From NCBI GenBank assembly GCA_963745235.1, contig CAVUXE010000064.1, forward strand, positions 1-11,745: a DNA stretch of 11,745 bases. Direction: 5' to 3'. Shown here piece by piece: positions 7,380 through 11,745 of the stretch. The DNA is from an uncultured Spirochaetota bacterium (GTDB lineage Bacteria; Spirochaetota; Spirochaetia; SZUA-6; Fen-1364). Both the position numbers and the translations under genes were made by a program. The notes beneath the pieces were generated by a model. It was not told the DNA's origin, did not search any database, and worked only from the letters and a program-made list of their open reading frames with translations. Positions within the stretch are counted from its first letter, which is position 1, and every line of letters starts with the position of its first letter.

Positions 7380-8372
7380 ATGGGGGCTATGACGCCGCTC
7401 AAAGACGAGAAAACCGCCCTTATTCCTTCTCTTCGAGCCCGCCACGTCCTCCTTCCGGCCGTGTTCCAATTCACCCAGGATGCTCAAAAGCACGTCCTGG
7501 AGTTCTTCGCAGCCCACCTGCGCAACCGCAACACGCGAAAGGCCTACGCTCAGGCGGTTACGGACTTCGGAGCCTGGTGCGCCCAGCGCAGGATTTCTTC
7601 CCTGACGCAGGTGAGGCCGGTGCACGTGTCCTCTTATGTTGAAGAGCTCGCTACCAAGATTGCACCGCCTTCAGTCAAGCAAAAGCTTTCCGCCCTGCGA
7701 ATGCTTTTCGACTGGCTGGTGGTTCGCCAGGTGTTGCCTGTCAATCCGGCGCACGCCGTGCGGGGCCCCAAGTATGTCGTGAAGAAAGGAAAGACTGCGA
7801 TACTTTCCGCCGAGGAGACCCGGGAACTTTTGTCCTGTATCGATATCGCTTCGGTGGTAGGGTTGCGCGATAGGGCGCTGATCGCCTTGTTGGTCTACAC
7901 ATTCGCTCGGGTAGGGGCGGCGATAACGATGCGAGTCGAGGACGTCTATATCCAGAGCAAACGCACGTGGGTAAGGCTTCATGAAAAGGGGGGCAAGCGG
8001 CATGACATGCCGGCTCATCACAACTTGGAGGCCTATTTGGATGCCTACATCACATCCGCCGGACTCGCGACGGATCCCAAAGGGCTGCTTTTTCGTTCTA
8101 CGGTGGGTCGATCGAGGGAGCTCACCGACCGGCCGTTACACCAGCCGGACGTGTATCGCATGATAACCCGCCGGGCGACTGCCGCCAACATTCGGACAAG
8201 GATCGGTTGTCACACGTTTCGGGCAACGGGCATCACAGAGTATTTGCGTAATGGTGGTAAGCTCGAGATTGCCCAGGCCATGGCGAATCACGAGAGCGCG
8301 CGGACGACTGGTCTCTATGACAGGCGTGAGGATCAAGTATCTCTCGATGAAATTGAACGGATCGTGATTTGA
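7380..8372 (+). CDS. Tyrosine recombinase/integrase (XerC/D-like, with N-terminal SAM-like domain), 330 aa
   Basis: All catalytic residues are visible: R (LRDRALIALLVYTFARVG), K (HEKGGK), HxxR (HTFR), H (MANH), Y (TTGLYDR). N-terminal RNRNTRKAY and SVKQKLSALRMLFDWL. Start may be 7380 or 7389. Confidence 0.95.
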   Translation: MGAMTPLKDEKTALIPSLRARHVLLPAVFQFTQDAQKHVLEFFAAHLRNRNTRKAYAQAVTDFGAWCAQRRISSLTQVRPVHVSSYVEELATKIAPPSVKQKLSALRMLFDWLVVRQVLPVNPAHAVRGPKYVVKKGKTAILSAEETRELLSCIDIASVVGLRDRALIALLVYTFARVGAAITMRVEDVYIQSKRTWVRLHEKGGKRHDMPAHHNLEAYLDAYITSAGLATDPKGLLFRSTVGRSRELTDRPLHQPDVYRMITRRATAANIRTRIGCHTFRATGITEYLRNGGKLEIAQAMANHESARTTGLYDRREDQVSLDEIERIVI

Positions 8373-8512
8373 AGAGGTCAGGGGACGGGCATGAGCAACT
8401 CGTATTCATTACGCCCCACTACGACAGGCGTTTGCCGGGAATTGCGAGGGGTTGTTAACCAACAGCCTTCTCGGGGGCCCCTTGGCCGTCCATCCCGAAA
8501 CCACAGAAGGAG

Positions 8513-8914
8513 TCATCCTCTGCTTTCGGATCCCCTCTTGGTGAGTCGCTCGACGGTCTTTAAGACGAAATCGGGATCAATCGGCTTTGTAATGTAGTCC
8601 TCGATTCCTTTCTGGTAGGCTGTCATTTTATCGTCAATTGCATCCTTCGCGGTGACAAAGACGATCTTTATGTTTCTGGTCCTTTGACTTGTCTTTAGCG
8701 TTTTTAGCACATCGTAGCCGTCCATCTTCGGCATCTTGATATCCAGAAGGATGAGGTCCGGCGAAGGATTGGATGCCGCAAGGGACACAGCATTCTGTCC
8801 CGTTGTGGCCACGAGGACTGTGTAACGCGATTTCAAAAGTTCTCTTAGGATAGCTATGTTGCCTGGTTCATCGTCAACAATAAGGATCCGCGCTTTCGGA
8901 GGTTTGCTTTCCAT
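8513..8914 (-). CDS. Stand-alone response regulator (receiver domain only), 133 aa
   Basis: From ATG 8914: ILIVDDE, PDLILLDIKMPKMDG (phospho-Asp), IVFVTA, DYITKP. GAGAGG upstream. No output domain. Confidence 0.93.
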   Translation of the reverse strand: MESKPPKARILIVDDEPGNIAILRELLKSRYTVLVATTGQNAVSLAASNPSPDLILLDIKMPKMDGYDVLKTLKTSQRTRNIKIVFVTAKDAIDDKMTAYQKGIEDYITKPIDPDFVLKTVERLTKRGSESRG

Positions 8915-9271
8915 TGTCCGCCTCTCTTCGCATCCCGTTAGAGCGGTGATTTTCTCACGAAAGATTTTTTTGAAATCTCTGTTTACAAGTACTAAACTTA
9001 CTACACTAGAGCAGGAAAGCAAATGAAACGGGTGATTTTTGTCTGTGGCCCCTGTCTCCTCGCTTTCACTGCTCTGTATTTCCCGGGAATAAGCCGCCAG
9101 GTGGTCGGTGCAAGCCCGTTTATATATGCCGTGCCTAACCGGAGTCAACGCTAGCAAATTCTTGAAATTAGGGTCTTTAGATCCGACTCGTCCCGCTTGG
9201 ACAAAAACGAGAAGGCGACACAGAGTTCGATCCTTGCGTCTGCCATTCATGATGGACTCATCATCAAATAA

Positions 9272-9312
9272 TGTAGGACTTTCGGCTACTGCAGACTTTC
9301 AGGAGTCCTACA
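9272..9312. promoter_or_regulatory. 9-bp inverted repeat in the divergent regulator/kinase intergenic region
   Basis: TGTAGGACT (9272-9280) and AGTCCTACA (9304-9312) with a 23-nt spacer. GACTTTC occurs twice (9277-9283, 9294-9300). Confidence 0.35.
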
Positions 9313-9526
9313 GAAGAATCAGACATTCTTCGACAGCATTTCTCTTGCCGGCGGGACGATGTTCAATACTTACGGACGTCGATCAGACGTGTACGCGATT
9401 GTCCGAAGCCGTTCTGGGTGCATGGCACGCGGACCTCGACGCGTGCGGGGATTCAACGGGCTCGGATGTCGAGAAGCGACTAAACAATACCCCACATGAG
9501 TCGGGCAGCTGCTCCGGGAGGCAGAA

Positions 9527-11745
9527 ATGAGATTTGCCAGGTTCGGTTGCACGAAAGCTTCCTATCCCAAGCTACTCCTTCGTTACGGCAGTGCCGCGAT
9601 GACCGTGGCGGCAACTTTTGTGATTCGCGATGCCCTGTCGCTCGCCGTGGGTCCCGGTCTGCCGCCTTTCATCCTCTTCTATCCCGCCGTCATGATCGTA
9701 GCTCTGCTCGCAGGCATGGGGCCAGGGATTCTGGCAACTGCAGTTGCTTCTTTCGTTGCTGCCTTCTGGGTGCTTCCCTGGCAAGGTCCTGCTGCGACTG
9801 TCAAAGCTGCCGACGGCCTGGGCCTGGCTCTTTTTGCAGCCACTGGTGTGTTCATGAGTATTGTTTCCGCTCTCTTGCACAAGACGCGGCAGCGGGCCGC
9901 GCAGTACCAAGCAGAGTTGTCATTGCGCGAAAGCGATAATCGTTTTTTCACAGTCTTTCACGCAAGTCCGATCGGTATGGCGATCACCCGTTTCGCCAAT
10001 GGGCGCTATCTCGATGTCAATGGAAATTCCTTAGCCTCATGGGCTACTTGCGCGATGAGGTTATCGGCAAAACGGCTCTCGATCTGAGAGCATGGGCTTT
10101 GGCTGAGGATCGAGACGATTTCGTCACTCAATTGAGCAAGGAGGGCAGGGTTCCAAGCAGAGTAGCGCAGTTTCAAAAGAAGTCTGGTGAGATTTGGATT
10201 GCACACCTCTCTGCGGAGGTGATCGAGGTGGCTGGGGAAAAAGCCATCTTGTCACTACTTCGGGATATCACCGAGCAGAACCGTGCGGAGGCAGCATTGG
10301 CCAATCTGGCGGCCATCGTAGAGTCGGCCGAAGAGGCAATCGTCGGAAAGACCTCCGAAGGTATCATTACAAGCTGGAACGGTGGCGCTGAGAGTTTGTA
10401 CGGGTATTGTGCCGAAGAGATTGTAGGACGTTCCGCGTCTCTTCTCTTCCCGCCCGAACGCGATGAGGAGCTTCCCTCGATCCTCGAGCGGATCAACCGC
10501 GGCCAACGCGTCGAACCATATGACACGGTCCGCATTAGAAAAGACGGCACAAGACTTGATGTCTCGACCTCGGTATCTCCAATCAGGAACCCCAAGGGCG
10601 TGGTCGTCGCTGCCGCTGCGTTCACGCGCGACATATCCGAGCGGAAGAGTGCAGAGAAGGAAATTCAAAAGCTTAACGCAGACCTGGAAAAGCGGGTTGA
10701 AGAGCGGACGTTGGACCTGAAGGCCGCGAACAGGGATCTCGAGGGGCGAACTCGGCAACTTGCGCAGAGCGAACTGTGGTTGAGCACGATCCTCAATACT
10801 GTCGCCGATGGAATCATGATCATCGGGGAACAAGGCACGATCGAAACGGTCAACGTGGCGGGGGCGCAACTTCTGGGATGGAGAGAAAAAGATCTCGAAG
10901 GCAGGAATTACCTCAGCCTCATTTCTGAATTAGATCGGGATCGTATTCAGCAAATCATTGAAGGATCGCTCGCGACTAATCCTGTTGCACCTCAGGGAGG
11001 GATTCAGGAGGCCCGTGCGCTTCGCATGGATGGGAGCACGTTCCCTGCGGAGTTTGTTCTGAAGGACTTCTATTCCGATGGGACTCGGCATGCCGTGATC
11101 TCGTTCCGCGATGTCATCGAAAGAAAAAAGGCGGAAGAAGAGATCCAACATTACTCGCAAGAAGTGAACGATCTCTATATGAATGCTCCCTGCGGGTATC
11201 ACTCCCTTGACGAAAGCGGCAATTTCCTTCGTGTCAACGACACCGAACTGCGCATGCTTGGCTATACGAGAGAGGAGATGGTCGAGCGAATGAACATTCG
11301 CGACCTGCTGACTCCGGAGAGCCGACAGGTCTATGCCGCAAACTTTCCCATCTTCATGAAGCAGGGGTGGGTAAACAATCTCGAGTTTGGGTTCTATCGG
11401 AAAGATGGGTCGGTGCTTCCGGTCCTGCTGAGCGGGACAGCCGTAAAGGATAGTCACGGCACTTTCATAGTGAGCCGGTCCACAATGATCGATAACACGG
11501 AGAAAAAGCACCTTATCGAAAAGCTCCAAGAGGCGAAAAAGGTCGCCGAAGAGGCAACGCAGGCAAAAAGCAGCTTCCTGGCCAACATGAGTCACGAGAT
11601 CCGTACCCCCATGAATGCGGTGATCGGTTTTGCCAACCTCGCGCTGAAGACCGAGCTCACCGCACGGCAACGGGACTATGTAGAAAATCCACAACACAAG
11701 CGTATCCCTTCTCGGCCTGATCAACGACATTCTGGATTTCTCTAA
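9527..11745 (+). CDS. Membrane-bound multi-PAS sensor histidine kinase (DUF4118-like TM domain, four PAS domains, HisKA), 3'-partial, two frameshifts
   Basis: GGGAGG upstream of ATG 9527. TM region with [26 protein letters not shown] starts [33 protein letters not shown]-box [22 protein letters not shown]. One base added near 10022-10027 joins the two track ORFs, and one A added at 11684-11687 restores [22 protein letters not shown]. Confidence 0.92.

Noticed and set aside
8915-9250. N-terminal extension of the 245-aa response regulator ORF
   Set aside because: No recognisable domain. The receiver domain and an RBS begin at ATG 8914.
9108-9530. 140-aa plus-strand ORF upstream of the kinase
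   Set aside because: No motif or clear RBS, and the composition is atypical. It cannot be supported, though a small gene is not excluded.
10173-11730. Long minus-strand ORFs opposite the kinase (and similar ones opposite the NTPase, HU and recombinase)
   Set aside because: Antisense shadows of well-supported genes with no independent motifs.
11743-11745. TAA given as the kinase stop codon
   Set aside because: It results from the frameshift at ~11685. The conserved HisKA frame stays open to the window edge.
1-11745. CRISPR array, tRNA/rRNA or IS transposase
   Set aside because: No regularly spaced repeats, cloverleaf or transposase motifs were seen by eye.

Overview
This is a bacterial accessory region. 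The left part (1-6609) looks like a defence island: a DUF3800 (RNase H-fold) gene with a convergent ~58-nt structured RNA candidate that has its own near-consensus sigma70 promoter, two convergent gene remnants meeting near 1200, a small AbiC-like membrane protein, a hypothetical protein, and a ~1180-aa restriction-endonuclease-like/P-loop NTPase (STAND/Avs-like) gene split into four ORFs. Next come an HU-family gene, a perfect 12-6-12 inverted repeat directly upstream of an intact XerC/D-like tyrosine recombinase, a stand-alone response regulator, and a divergent multi-PAS histidine kinase that runs off the window. Six inferred single-base frameshifts, all in short homopolymers, suggest sequencing/assembly indels rather than real pseudogenes. 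The best candidate for an uncharacterised system is the DUF3800 + ncRNA pair. All family calls come from motif recognition by eye, not from database searches.
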